64,000 nucleotides of DNA from Burkholderiales bacterium. Lineage in GTDB: Bacteria > Pseudomonadota > Gammaproteobacteria > Burkholderiales > SG8-41. Below the pieces are notes generated by a model. It saw only the letters and a list, made by a program, of their open reading frames with translations, did not search any database and was not told the DNA's origin. Both the position numbers and the translations under genes were made by a program. This document shows positions 1-8,238 of the stretch, in pieces (position 1 is the first letter of the stretch; each line of letters begins with the position of its first letter). The DNA is taken from NCBI GenBank assembly GCA_046313915.1, contig JBKBXX010000002.1, positions 14,449 through 78,448 of the forward strand, read 5' to 3'.

Positions 1-510
1 GGCGTCTATCATGCCTTCGGCGACCAGCGTGGTGCGGAACCAGTCGAGCAGGCCGCTCCAGAACGGCGCGTGCACCAGGATGATCGGCATTTTGCGCGTC
101 TTGCCGGTTTGCACCAGCGTCAATGCTTCCGAGATTTCATCGAGCGTGCCGAAACCTCCCGGCATCACGACGTAGGCCGTGGCGAACTTGACGAACATCA
201 CCTTGCGCGCGAAAAAATGCCGGAAAGTCTGGCTCACGTCCTGGTAGGGATTGGCGCGCTGCTCGTGCGGCAGCTGGATGTTGAGGCCGACGCTCGGTGA
301 TTTGCCGTGATAGGCGCCTTTGTTGGCCGCTTCCATGATGCCCGGGCCGCCGCCCGAGATCACGCTGAAACCGGCGTCCGACAGGCGTCTCGCGATCTGC
401 TCGGCCAGAGCGTAGTAGGGATGCGTGGCGGGAATGCGCGAGCTGCCGAAAATGCTGACCGCGGGGCGGATCGCGCTCAGGCGTTCGGTGGCTTCGACAA
501 ATTCTGACAT
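1..510 (-). CDS. LOG family protein (TIGR00730-type, cytokinin riboside 5'-monophosphate phosphoribohydrolase-like); C-terminus outside window
   Basis: Own minus-strand translation from ATG (complement of 508-510): MSEFVEATERLSAIRPAVSIFGSSRIP...ISGGGPGIMEAANKGA...VVMPGGFGTLDEISEALTLVQTGK. The frame is open to the window edge, so it is absent from the ORF track. Confidence 0.8.
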   Translation of the reverse strand, partial: MSEFVEATERLSAIRPAVSIFGSSRIPATHPYYALAEQIARRLSDAGFSVISGGGPGIMEAANKGAYHGKSPSVGLNIQLPHEQRANPYQDVSQTFRHFFARKVMFVKFATAYVVMPGGFGTLDEISEALTLVQTGKTRKMPIILVHAPFWSGLLDWFRTTLVAEGMIDA

Positions 511-617
511 AATGCCGAACACCCGCCACGATTCGGCCGCCGACCAGGTTTTTTCGGCGAGTTCGGCAGACGGCGGGGATATGAGTTTTTCTTTCAGGCC
601 CATGAGAGAAGAATTCC

Positions 618-721
618 GTGAGAAGTGAAACGTGAAACGTGAGAGGCGGACATTGCGCGGCGCGGCGGCAATTCGTGTCCTGTAAAACCCGGCGTTTCAC
701 GTTTCACGTTTTACCTTTCAC
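618..721. repeat. Inverted repeat made of 4+4 tandem heptamers (GTGAAAC-like) with a 48-bp spacer, in the LOG/polA divergent intergenic region
   Basis: 618-645 reads GTGAGAA GTGAAAC GTGAAAC GTGAGAG. 694-721 reads GTTTCAC GTTTCAC GTTTTAC CTTTCAC. The arms are reverse complements and the central 14 nt are perfect. Confidence 0.75.
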
Positions 722-730
722 CGCTTTGCA

Positions 731-3460
731 ATGAAAACACTGCTGCTGGTCGACGGTTCGTCCTACCTTTATCGCGCGTTTCACGCGCTGCCCGATTTGC
801 GCAACAAGAAAAACGAGCCGACCGGCGCGATCTATGGCGTGCTCAACATGCTGCGCCGGCTGCACCAGGATGCGCCCGCCGATTATAGCGCCTGCGTTTT
901 CGATGCCAAAGGCAAGACTTTCCGCGAAGAGGTCTATCCCGACTACAAGGCCCACCGGCCGCCCATGCCCGACGATCTCGCCGCGCAGATCGCGCCGCTG
1001 CACGAAACCATCGTCGCAATGGGCTGGCCGCTGCTGATCGTCGAGGGTGTGGAAGCCGACGATGTCATCGGCACGCTTGCCCGCCAGGCCGAGCGCGAGG
1101 GCATGCGGGTGGTGATCTCGACCGGCGACAAGGATCTGGCGCAGCTCGTCAGCCCCGCCATTACGCTGGTCAACACCATGTCCGGCGAGACCCTGAACGA
1201 AGCCGGCGTCGAGCAGAAATTCGGCGTCAAGGCCGAGCGCATCATCGATTATCTGACGCTGATCGGCGACAGCGTCGACAACGTGCCGGGAGTGGCCAAG
1301 GTCGGCCCCAAGACCGCGGTGAAGTGGCTGTCGCAGTACGGCACGCTCGACAACGTGATGCGGCATGCTGCCGAGATCGGCGGCGTGGTCGGCGAGAACC
1401 TGCGCCGCGCGCTCGACTGGTTGCCCAAGGCGCGCGAGCTGCTCACCATCAGATGCGACGTCGCGCTGCCGGTGAAAATCGAGGATCTCGCGCCGCGGCC
1501 GCCGGACACGGCGAAGCTCGCCGAGCTGTTCGAGCGCTTCGAATTCAGGTCGTGGCAGCGCGAGCTGGAAGGGGCGGCGGCCAACCGGGCGCCGCCGCCA
1601 GCGGCTGACGGCGCCAGCGCAGACGGCGCGGTGCATGCGCTGCAACCCGCGCTTGAACGGCATTACGAAACCGTGCTGACCGAGCAGCAGCTCGATGCCT
1701 GGGTGAGCCGGATCGCCGCGGCCGATCTGGTCGCGGTCGACACCGAGACCACCAGCCTCGATCCGCTGCGCGCGCAACTGGTCGGCATTTCGCTCGCCGT
1801 CGCCGCCGGCGACGCCGCCTACATTCCGGTAGGGCATCGCTACGCCGGCGCGCCGCCGCAGCTCGCGCTCGAACGGGTGCTCGCCCGGCTCGGTCCGTGG
1901 CTGGAAGATGCCGCGCGGCCCAAGCTCGGCCAGCACCTCAAGTACGACATGCACGTCTTGGCCAACCACGGCGTGCGTCTGGCCGGCGCGCAGCACGACA
2001 CGCTGCTGCAGTCGTACGTGCTGGAAAGCCACAAGCCACACGACATGGACAGCCTGGCCTATAGACATTTATCAATAAAAACAATAACTTATGATGAAGT
2101 CACGGGCCGGGGCGCGAACCGCATCGGCTTCGAGCAGGTGGCGCTCGAGCGCGCCGCCGAGTACGCGGCCGAGGACGCCGATATCACGCTGCGGCTGCAC
2201 CAGGCGCTGTACCCGCAGATCGAGGCGAACGCCGGACTCACCTATATTTACCGCGAACTCGAAATGCCGGTGATGCGCGTGCTGCAGATCATGGAACGCC
2301 ACGGCGTGCTGCTCGACACGGCGCTGCTCGCGGAACTGTCGCGCGAATTCGGCGAGAAAATGTTGGCGCTCGAAGCGCGGGCGCACGCGCAGGCCGGCCA
2401 GCCTTTCAACCTCAATTCGCCCAGGCAGATCCAGGACATCCTGTTCGGGAAACACGGGCTGAAGCCGGTCAGGAAAACGCCTTCGGGCGCGCCTTCCACC
2501 GACGAGGATACGCTTGAGCAGCTCGCGCTCGATCATCCGCTGCCGCGATTGATCCTCGATTACCGCAGTCTCGCCAAGCTCAAATCGACTTACACCGACA
2601 AGCTGCCCGAGATGATCCATCCCGCGACCGGGCGCGTGCACACCAATTATGCGCAGGCGGTAGCGGTGACCGGGCGGCTCGCGAGCAACGATCCCAATCT
2701 GCAGAACATCCCGATCCGCACCGCTGAAGGCCGGCGCATCCGCGAGGCGTTCATCGCGCCGCCGGGGTGCCATCTCGTGTCGGCGGACTATTCGCAGATC
2801 GAACTCAGGATCATGGCGCACGTGTCGCAGGACGCGGGCCTGCTCAGGGCATTCGCCGCCGGCGAGGATATCCACCGCGCCACCGCAGCGGAAATTTTCG
2901 GCGTGGCGCCGCAAGTCGTGGACGCCGAGCAGCGGCGTTACGCCAAAGTGATCAACTTCGGTCTGATCTACGGCATGTCGTCGTTCGGGCTCGCGCGCGA
3001 GCTCGGGCTTGAGCGCGCTGCCGCCCAGCAGTACATGGACCGCTATTTTGCGCGCTATCCGGGAGTTGCCGAGTACATGCGCGCGACACGCGAAAAAGCG
3101 CGCGAGCAGGGCTACGTCGAAACCGTGTTCGGGCGCCGGCTGTGGCTGCCCGAAATCCGCGGCGGCAACGGCATGCGACGCCAGGCCGCCGAGCGCGCGG
3201 CGATCAACGCGCCGATGCAAGGCACTGCGGCCGACCTCATCAAGATGGCGATGATCGCGGTGCAGAAATGGATAGAGCGCGACGGACTCAAGACCCGGCT
3301 CATCATGCAGGTGCACGACGAGCTGGTGCTCGAAGTGCCCGACGCCGAGCTCGCCGCCGTGAAAGAGACTTTGCCGCGTCTCATGACCGGCGTGGCGAAG
3401 CTCGCGGTGCCGCTGGTGGTCGATGTCGGAGTGGGGCCGAACTGGGATAAAGCGCATTGA
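731..3460 (+). CDS. polA: DNA polymerase I
   Basis: 909-aa ORF with a 5'-nuclease N-terminus (LLLVDGSSYLYRAFHALP), a 3'-5' exo domain (VAVDTETTSLD) and polymerase motifs (DYSQIELR, QVHDELV). Confidence 0.98.
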   Translation: MKTLLLVDGSSYLYRAFHALPDLRNKKNEPTGAIYGVLNMLRRLHQDAPADYSACVFDAKGKTFREEVYPDYKAHRPPMPDDLAAQIAPLHETIVAMGWPLLIVEGVEADDVIGTLARQAEREGMRVVISTGDKDLAQLVSPAITLVNTMSGETLNEAGVEQKFGVKAERIIDYLTLIGDSVDNVPGVAKVGPKTAVKWLSQYGTLDNVMRHAAEIGGVVGENLRRALDWLPKARELLTIRCDVALPVKIEDLAPRPPDTAKLAELFERFEFRSWQRELEGAAANRAPPPAADGASADGAVHALQPALERHYETVLTEQQLDAWVSRIAAADLVAVDTETTSLDPLRAQLVGISLAVAAGDAAYIPVGHRYAGAPPQLALERVLARLGPWLEDAARPKLGQHLKYDMHVLANHGVRLAGAQHDTLLQSYVLESHKPHDMDSLAYRHLSIKTITYDEVTGRGANRIGFEQVALERAAEYAAEDADITLRLHQALYPQIEANAGLTYIYRELEMPVMRVLQIMERHGVLLDTALLAELSREFGEKMLALEARAHAQAGQPFNLNSPRQIQDILFGKHGLKPVRKTPSGAPSTDEDTLEQLALDHPLPRLILDYRSLAKLKSTYTDKLPEMIHPATGRVHTNYAQAVAVTGRLASNDPNLQNIPIRTAEGRRIREAFIAPPGCHLVSADYSQIELRIMAHVSQDAGLLRAFAAGEDIHRATAAEIFGVAPQVVDAEQRRYAKVINFGLIYGMSSFGLARELGLERAAAQQYMDRYFARYPGVAEYMRATREKAREQGYVETVFGRRLWLPEIRGGNGMRRQAAERAAINAPMQGTAADLIKMAMIAVQKWIERDGLKTRLIMQVHDELVLEVPDAELAAVKETLPRLMTGVAKLAVPLVVDVGVGPNWDKAH
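2060..2098 (+). other. AT-rich synonymous codon island inside polA carrying CAAT-N5-CAAT (2073-2085)
   Basis: tat aga cat tta tca ata aaa aca ata act tat gat gaa gives 13 consecutive A/T-ending codons. The flanking codons are GC-ending. Confidence 0.7.
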
Positions 3461-3563
3461 GCGCTTGGCGGGATGAAGCGCATCGCGAAGCACGGGGCGC
3501 GGATTTTCGCGCGCATCCCATATGACATGGCATGGTTTTTTTTCGATGAGGATGGAACAAACA

Positions 3564-4727
3564 ATGCGTATCCACACCGCAAGTCTCGCGCGTCTCGCGG
3601 CGCTGCTGTCCTCGCTCTGGGCTGCGCCGGTCGTCGCCCAAAGTTATCCTTCGAAGCCGATCCGCCTCATCATCGCGCAGGCGCCGGGCGGAGGGCCCGG
3701 CTCACGGCGAAGGGGTGGGGGTGGGGGCGGAGACGGGACCCGGCTGCCCGGATCATGGCAGCGCATCTTGCGACGGCTGGCGCTGGCGCTGCTGTCCTCG
3801 CTCTGGGCTGCGCCGGTCGTCGCCCAAAGTTATCCTTCGAAGCCGATCCGCCTCATCATCGCGCAGGCGCCGGGCAGCGCCACCGACGGCGTGAGCCGCG
3901 TGCTCAGCACCAAGCTCGCCGAGCGTCTCGGCCAGCCGCTCGTCATCGAAGCGCGTCCGGGTGCCGGCGGCACGGTGGGCACGGAAGTGGCGGCGCGCGC
4001 CGCCGCCGACGGCTACACGCTGTTCATGGCCAACAACTCCACGCACGGCTCGAATCCCGCGGTGTACCGCAAGTTGCCGTACGACGCGGTCAGGGATTTC
4101 GCGCCGATCATTTTCGTGGCGGCCACGCCGTACGTCTTGAGTGTGCACCCGTCGCTGCCGGCAACGAGCGTGAAACAGCTCGTCGCGCTGGCGAAATCGA
4201 AACCGGGGCAGATCAATTACGCTTCCGCGGGCAACGGCAGCACTCATCACCTGAGCGGCGAGCTGCTCAAGAGCATGGCCGGCATCGACCTGCTCCACGT
4301 CCCGTACAAAGGCACGACGCCCGCCATCACCGCCTTGCTGAGCGGCGAGGTGTCGGTCATGTTCGCCACCGTGGTCGGCATCCAGCCGCACGTCAAGTCG
4401 GGCAAGGTGAGGGCGCTGGGCGTGACGGCCTCGCGGCGCTCGCAGATGATGCCCGAGCTGCCGACGATGGCCGAGGCGGGGCTGCCGGGTTTTGAAGTCA
4501 CGTCCTGGTTCGGGCTGCTCGCGCCCGCGGGAACGCCGGCGGCGGTCGTGAACCGCCTGAACGCCGAAACGGCGAAGGTGCTGGGACTGCCGGAAGTGAA
4601 GTCCGCGTTGAACACGCTGGGCTTCGAGGTCACGTCCGGCTCGCCCGAGCAGTTCGGCGACCACATCAAGCGCGAGATCGAGAAGTTCACCAGGCTCGCC
4701 AATGCGACCGGCATCAAGGCGGAGTAG
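3564..4727 (+). CDS. Tripartite tricarboxylate transporter substrate-binding protein (Bug/TctC family), with an in-frame 62-codon 5' duplication/insertion
   Basis: Frame of the 3522..4727 ORF. ATG 3564 gives signal peptide MRIHTASLARLAALLSSLWAAPVVAQ. Bug-family body: SYPSKPIRLIIAQAPGSATDG...LPYDAVRDFAPI...INYASAGNGSTHHL. An alternative in-frame TTG start at 3768 lies before the second repeat copy. Confidence 0.85.
   Translation: MRIHTASLARLAALLSSLWAAPVVAQSYPSKPIRLIIAQAPGGGPGSRRRGGGGGGDGTRLPGSWQRILRRLALALLSSLWAAPVVAQSYPSKPIRLIIAQAPGSATDGVSRVLSTKLAERLGQPLVIEARPGAGGTVGTEVAARAAADGYTLFMANNSTHGSNPAVYRKLPYDAVRDFAPIIFVAATPYVLSVHPSLPATSVKQLVALAKSKPGQINYASAGNGSTHHLSGELLKSMAGIDLLHVPYKGTTPAITALLSGEVSVMFATVVGIQPHVKSGKVRALGVTASRRSQMMPELPTMAEAGLPGFEVTSWFGLLAPAGTPAAVVNRLNAETAKVLGLPEVKSALNTLGFEVTSGSPEQFGDHIKREIEKFTRLANATGIKAE
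3599..3875. repeat. Exact 91-bp direct repeat (3599-3689 = 3785-3875) separated by a 95-bp G-run-rich spacer
   Basis: Base-by-base comparison of the two copies shows identity. The period is 186 bp. The spacer contains GGGGTGGGGGTGGGGGCGGAGACGGG. Confidence 0.9.
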
Positions 4728-4728
4728 C

Positions 4729-4771
4729 GGGGAAAAGGGTGAAACCCCCATCCCTGCCCTTCCCCTTTTTT
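4729..4771 (+). terminator. Rho-independent terminator candidate after the Bug-family gene
   Basis: GGGGAAAAGGG (4729-4739) pairs with CCCTTCCCC (4757-4765), leaving a 2-nt bulge, and is followed by a T6 run (4766-4771). Confidence 0.55.
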
Positions 4772-4808
4772 GAAGGGAAAGGAAACTCTGCCGGCGGGAG
4801 GAGGATGG

Positions 4809-5264
4809 GTGGGGCGGCATGTGCAGGACAAACGCGAAAGGGGAGCGGCATTGTCACACGATTCGATCGCCGGCAGCTGTCTGTGCGGCGCGGTGCGTTT
4901 TGAAATCAGGCCGCCGTTGACGGCTTTCCGCTACTGCTATTGCAGCCGCTGCCGCAAGGCGAGCGGTGCGGCGCATGCGGCCAATGTTTTTCTTCCGGCG
5001 AGCCTGTGGGGCGGGCCCGCCGGCGAGGCACTGATCCGCCGTTTCGATCTGCCGGGCGCGAAGCGCTTCGCGGTGTGCTTCTGCACGCGGTGCGGCACGC
5101 GCGTGCCGCACCGGATTGCGGGCACGGAAAACATGATGGTGCCGGCAGGCATTCTGGATGCGAGTCCTGGCGAGGCCCCCGACAGCTGCATTTTCTGGGC
5201 GTCGCGAGCGCCGTGGTACGTCGAACCGCAGGCGCTGCCGAAGTTCGACGAATACGGCGGGTGA
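4809..5264 (+). CDS. GFA family protein (glutathione-dependent formaldehyde-activating / CENP-V-like Zn-binding domain)
   Basis: GSCLCGAVRFEI...YCYCSRCRKASG...FCTRCGTRVPH cysteine pattern. The track start TTG 4770 lies in the upstream terminator T-run. GTG 4809 (after GGAGGA) or TTG 4851 (after AAGGGGAG) are more plausible starts. Confidence 0.75.
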   Translation: MGRHVQDKRERGAALSHDSIAGSCLCGAVRFEIRPPLTAFRYCYCSRCRKASGAAHAANVFLPASLWGGPAGEALIRRFDLPGAKRFAVCFCTRCGTRVPHRIAGTENMMVPAGILDASPGEAPDSCIFWASRAPWYVEPQALPKFDEYGG

Positions 5265-5336
5265 ACGGCGTGCGCGGGAGAAGCAGGGAGCGAGATGGTG
5301 TTAAACTGGAGTTCGGTTTTTCCCGAGCAAACGCAC

Positions 5337-5915
5337 ATGAGCTTTCTCGTCCTCGGTCTCGTCATTTTTCTCGGCACGCACTCGGTCCGGATCTTGGCCG
5401 GGGACTGGCGCGCGCGCACCATCGCGCGGGTCGGACATGAGACGTGGAAAGGCGGGTATTCGCTGATCGCGCTCGCCGGCTTCGCGCTGCTCGTCTGGGG
5501 TTACGGCGAAGCACGGCAGTCGGGCGCGGTGCTCTACGATCCGCCGCTTTACATGCGTCACGTCACGGCGCTGCTGATGCTCGTTTCCTTCGTGCTGCTG
5601 GCGGCGGTTTACGTGCCCGGCAATCACATCAAGGCGGCGGTCGGCCACCCGATGGCGGCGGGCGCGAAGCTGTGGGCGCTCGCGCATCTGCTGTCCAACG
5701 GCGGCCTCGCCGATGTCGTGCTGTTCGGCGCATTTCTCGCCTGGGCCGTCGCCGATTTCGGCGTCTCGCGCAGGCGCGACCGCATCGCCGGCACGCGCTA
5801 TCCGGCGGGCAGCGGCGCGCGCACTGCGCTTGCCGTGGCCGTCGGCGCGCTGGCGTGGGCGGTGTTCGCGTTCTGGGCGCACCTGTGGCTCACCGGCGTG
5901 AGGCCGATGGGGTGA
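5337..5915 (+). CDS. NnrU family membrane protein
   Basis: MSFLVLGLVIFLGTHSVRILAGDWRARTIARVGHETWKGGYSLIALAGF... is multi-TM and matches my recollection of NnrU-type N-termini. Start taken at the internal ATG of the 5295 ORF. Confidence 0.75.
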   Translation: MSFLVLGLVIFLGTHSVRILAGDWRARTIARVGHETWKGGYSLIALAGFALLVWGYGEARQSGAVLYDPPLYMRHVTALLMLVSFVLLAAVYVPGNHIKAAVGHPMAAGAKLWALAHLLSNGGLADVVLFGAFLAWAVADFGVSRRRDRIAGTRYPAGSGARTALAVAVGALAWAVFAFWAHLWLTGVRPMG

Positions 5916-5986
5916 AGCGGAGGCGGGAGATTCGCCGCCCGCTCCGCTGAAGCGCCGCTGACCCGCGTCGGACCAGCCCAGCCCAT

Positions 5987-6799
5987 ATGTTTTTTCCCGT
6001 CTCCGGCGTCACTGCTCCCCTGTGGCTGCCACCCCTGGTGGGTTTCGCGATTTCCCTCTTCACTTCCATGGTGGGTGTATCCGGCGCCTTCCTGCTGCTG
6101 CCTTTCCAGATGAGTGTGCTGGGCTACGTATCGCCTTCGGTGTCGGCGACCAACCTCGTTTTCAATCTCGTCGCGATTCCCAGCGGTGTTTCGCGCTACG
6201 CGCGCGAAGGCCGCATGGATTGGCCGCTCGCCCGCGTCATTGCCGCGGGCACGCTGCCGGGGCTGCTGGCCGGCTGGTGGCTGCGCGTGCATTGGCTGCC
6301 GCAGCCGCATGCTTTCAAGTTTTTCGTCGGTGTGGTGCTGGCCGCGCTCGCCGTTCACCTGCTGGCCGGTTTCCCGGGCCGATCCGTGGTACCGACGGTC
6401 GGACCGGCTGAGTTTCCCCCAATGCGCCCGGTCTTTTTCGCAGCCCTGGGCATCGGCGTGATCGGCGGCGCTTATGGCATCGGCGGCGGTTCATTGATGG
6501 CGCCGGTGCTGGTCGCGGTGTTCGGCTTGTCGGTGCACGCGGTGGCGGGCGCGGCGCTGTTCGGCACCTTCATCACTTCCGCGGGCGGGGTCGCACTCTA
6601 TCAGTTTCTGCCGGCGCCGCCGGACATGGAAACGCGTCCCGACTGGGCGCTGGGAATCCTGTTCGGGCTGGGTGGCGCCGTCGGCGCCTATCTGGGCGCC
6701 CGCTTGCAGATCCATGTGGCGCAGCACGTCCTGAAACTCGGCCTCGCGCTCTTGCTCGGTGCGTTGTCCGCTACGTATGTGATTCAGTTTTTCCGCTGA
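5987..6799 (+). CDS. Sulfite exporter TauE/SafE family membrane protein
   Basis: 270-aa polytopic membrane protein with duplicated halves (SMVGVSGAFLLLP... / GGAYGIGGGSLMAPVLV). Confidence 0.8.
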   Translation: MFFPVSGVTAPLWLPPLVGFAISLFTSMVGVSGAFLLLPFQMSVLGYVSPSVSATNLVFNLVAIPSGVSRYAREGRMDWPLARVIAAGTLPGLLAGWWLRVHWLPQPHAFKFFVGVVLAALAVHLLAGFPGRSVVPTVGPAEFPPMRPVFFAALGIGVIGGAYGIGGGSLMAPVLVAVFGLSVHAVAGAALFGTFITSAGGVALYQFLPAPPDMETRPDWALGILFGLGGAVGAYLGARLQIHVAQHVLKLGLALLLGALSATYVIQFFR

Positions 6800-6896
6800 T
6801 GCCGCGGCTTTCCGCCATCGCAGGGCATGCGGAAAATGCGGCCGGGCACGCAAACGCAGCCCGAAAATCGATCAAAAAATCTCGCGGAGGCGCACC

Positions 6897-7328
6897 ATGA
6901 AAAAAACATCCCGCAGCAAAGCCTTCCGCGCCGGGCTGGCGTTGCGCAAAAAAGTCCTGGGCGCGGACTACGTGGAAAAATCGTTCCGGGATGCCGACGA
7001 TTTCCTGATGCCTTTCCAGGAACTCGCCACCGAATTCGCGTGGGGCAGCGTGTGGACGCGCCCCGGCCTGACGCTGCGCGACCGCAGCCTGGTGACGCTC
7101 GCGCAGTGCATTGCGCTGAATCGTCCCGACGAAATCGGCATCCACTTGCGCGGGGCGCTGCGTAACGGCGTCACCGTCACGGAGATCCGCGAGCTGTGCC
7201 TGCATTCCTTCCTGTATTGCGGCGGGCCGGCTGCGCTCGATGCGTTTCGTGTCGTGAAGAACGCGTTGCCGGAAATCGAAGCGGCGGGCAAGACGGCGAA
7301 AAAGGCAGCCGGGAAAAAACGCCGTTGA
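6897..7328 (+). CDS. Carboxymuconolactone decarboxylase family protein (AhpD-like fold)
   Basis: FAWGSVWTRPGLTLRDRSLVTLAQCIALNRPDEIGIHLRGALRNGVTVTEIRELCLHSFLYCGGPAA is typical of the CMD family. Confidence 0.85.
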   Translation: MKKTSRSKAFRAGLALRKKVLGADYVEKSFRDADDFLMPFQELATEFAWGSVWTRPGLTLRDRSLVTLAQCIALNRPDEIGIHLRGALRNGVTVTEIRELCLHSFLYCGGPAALDAFRVVKNALPEIEAAGKTAKKAAGKKRR

Positions 7329-7341
7329 GGCATGGCCGGCC

Positions 7342-8238
7342 TCAGCGCTTGCCGCGCCGGCGCTCGATGCCCGCCATCGCGCCCAGCACTTCGCACACCG
7401 AGGCGGTGTCGCTCTGGCCGAGACCCCGCCCCATCGCCGCGCTGTATAGGGGTTCGCAGGCGCTGAACAGCGGCGTCGGGCAGTCGACCGAGCGTGCCAT
7501 TTCGCCGATCACCTGCATGTCTTTCTGCCACACTTCCACTTTCATGGTCGCGGGCCGGTAGCGGCCTTCGATCATGAGCTTGCCGCGCAGGCGGTAGACG
7601 CCATTGCCGATCACCGGGCTCGTGGCGAAGAGCTCCCATACCTGGCGCGGGTCGAGCCCCATTTTGCGCGCGAAAGTGAGCGCTTCGGCGGTGGCGACGT
7701 TGAGGATCGCCACCATGTGGTTGGCGGAGAATTTCATCCGGGTGCCGTTGCCGTAGGCGCCGACGTACGGCACCTTTTGGGTGAACACGCCGAGCACCGG
7801 CTGCGCGCGCTTGAACGCCGCGCGCGAGCCGCTGGCGAATATCGTCCACGCGCCTTCCTTCATGCGCACCGCGGTGCCACTGATCGGGCAGTCGAGTGTC
7901 GCGATGCCGGTGCGCCGGAGCGTGCGCCGTGCGCGATCCTTGGCGGCGAGCGGCAGCGTGCTGGTTTCGATGACGAGAAGCCCGGCGCGCCCGGCTTCGG
8001 CGATTTTTGCCACCGTGGCGGCGAGCGCCGCAGCGGTCGCGAGCGAGGTGATGACGATCTCAGCGCTCGCCGCCACCGCGGTGGCCGAGGCGAGCGGCTC
8101 GCCGCCCGCTTTCTTGAGCCGGCGGCAGGCCTCGGCGCGGATGTCGTAACCGGTGACGCGGTAACCGTGGGCGAGCAACGCCTCGGCCATCGCGCTGCCC
8201 ATGATGCCGAGGCCGACGATGCCGACGGCCGGTTTCAT
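7342..8238 (-). CDS. NAD(P)-dependent oxidoreductase, 3-hydroxyisobutyrate dehydrogenase / 6-phosphogluconate dehydrogenase-like family
   Basis: [32 protein letters not shown] Rossmann N-terminus. The ATG at 8238 overlaps the lipA stop (ATGA). Confidence 0.85.
   Translation of the reverse strand: MKPAVGIVGLGIMGSAMAEALLAHGYRVTGYDIRAEACRRLKKAGGEPLASATAVAASAEIVITSLATAAALAATVAKIAEAGRAGLLVIETSTLPLAAKDRARRTLRRTGIATLDCPISGTAVRMKEGAWTIFASGSRAAFKRAQPVLGVFTQKVPYVGAYGNGTRMKFSANHMVAILNVATAEALTFARKMGLDPRQVWELFATSPVIGNGVYRLRGKLMIEGRYRPATMKVEVWQKDMQVIGEMARSVDCPTPLFSACEPLYSAAMGRGLGQSDTASVCEVLGAMAGIERRRGKR

Noticed and set aside
618-721. parS-like half sites (GTTTCAC / GTGAAAC) in the heptamer repeat
   Set aside because: parS is the 16-bp palindrome TGTTTCACGTGAAACA. 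Here the half sites are in tandem direct arrays, and no CACGTG-centred palindrome exists.
704-3577. 454-aa and 501-aa minus-strand ORFs
   Set aside because: Both are antisense to polA, a GC-rich antisense artefact.
3473-4495. 340-aa plus-strand ORF overlapping the Bug-family gene in another frame
   Set aside because: It is Arg/Ala-rich with no family resemblance. The +1-shifted frame carries the clear Bug/TctC sequence. Its internal peptide repeat simply reflects the 91-bp DNA duplication.
4770-4808. TTG start at 4770 for the GFA-family ORF
   Set aside because: It lies within the T-run of the upstream terminator hairpin and precedes the only SD-like sequences, so downstream GTG 4809 or TTG 4851 are preferred.
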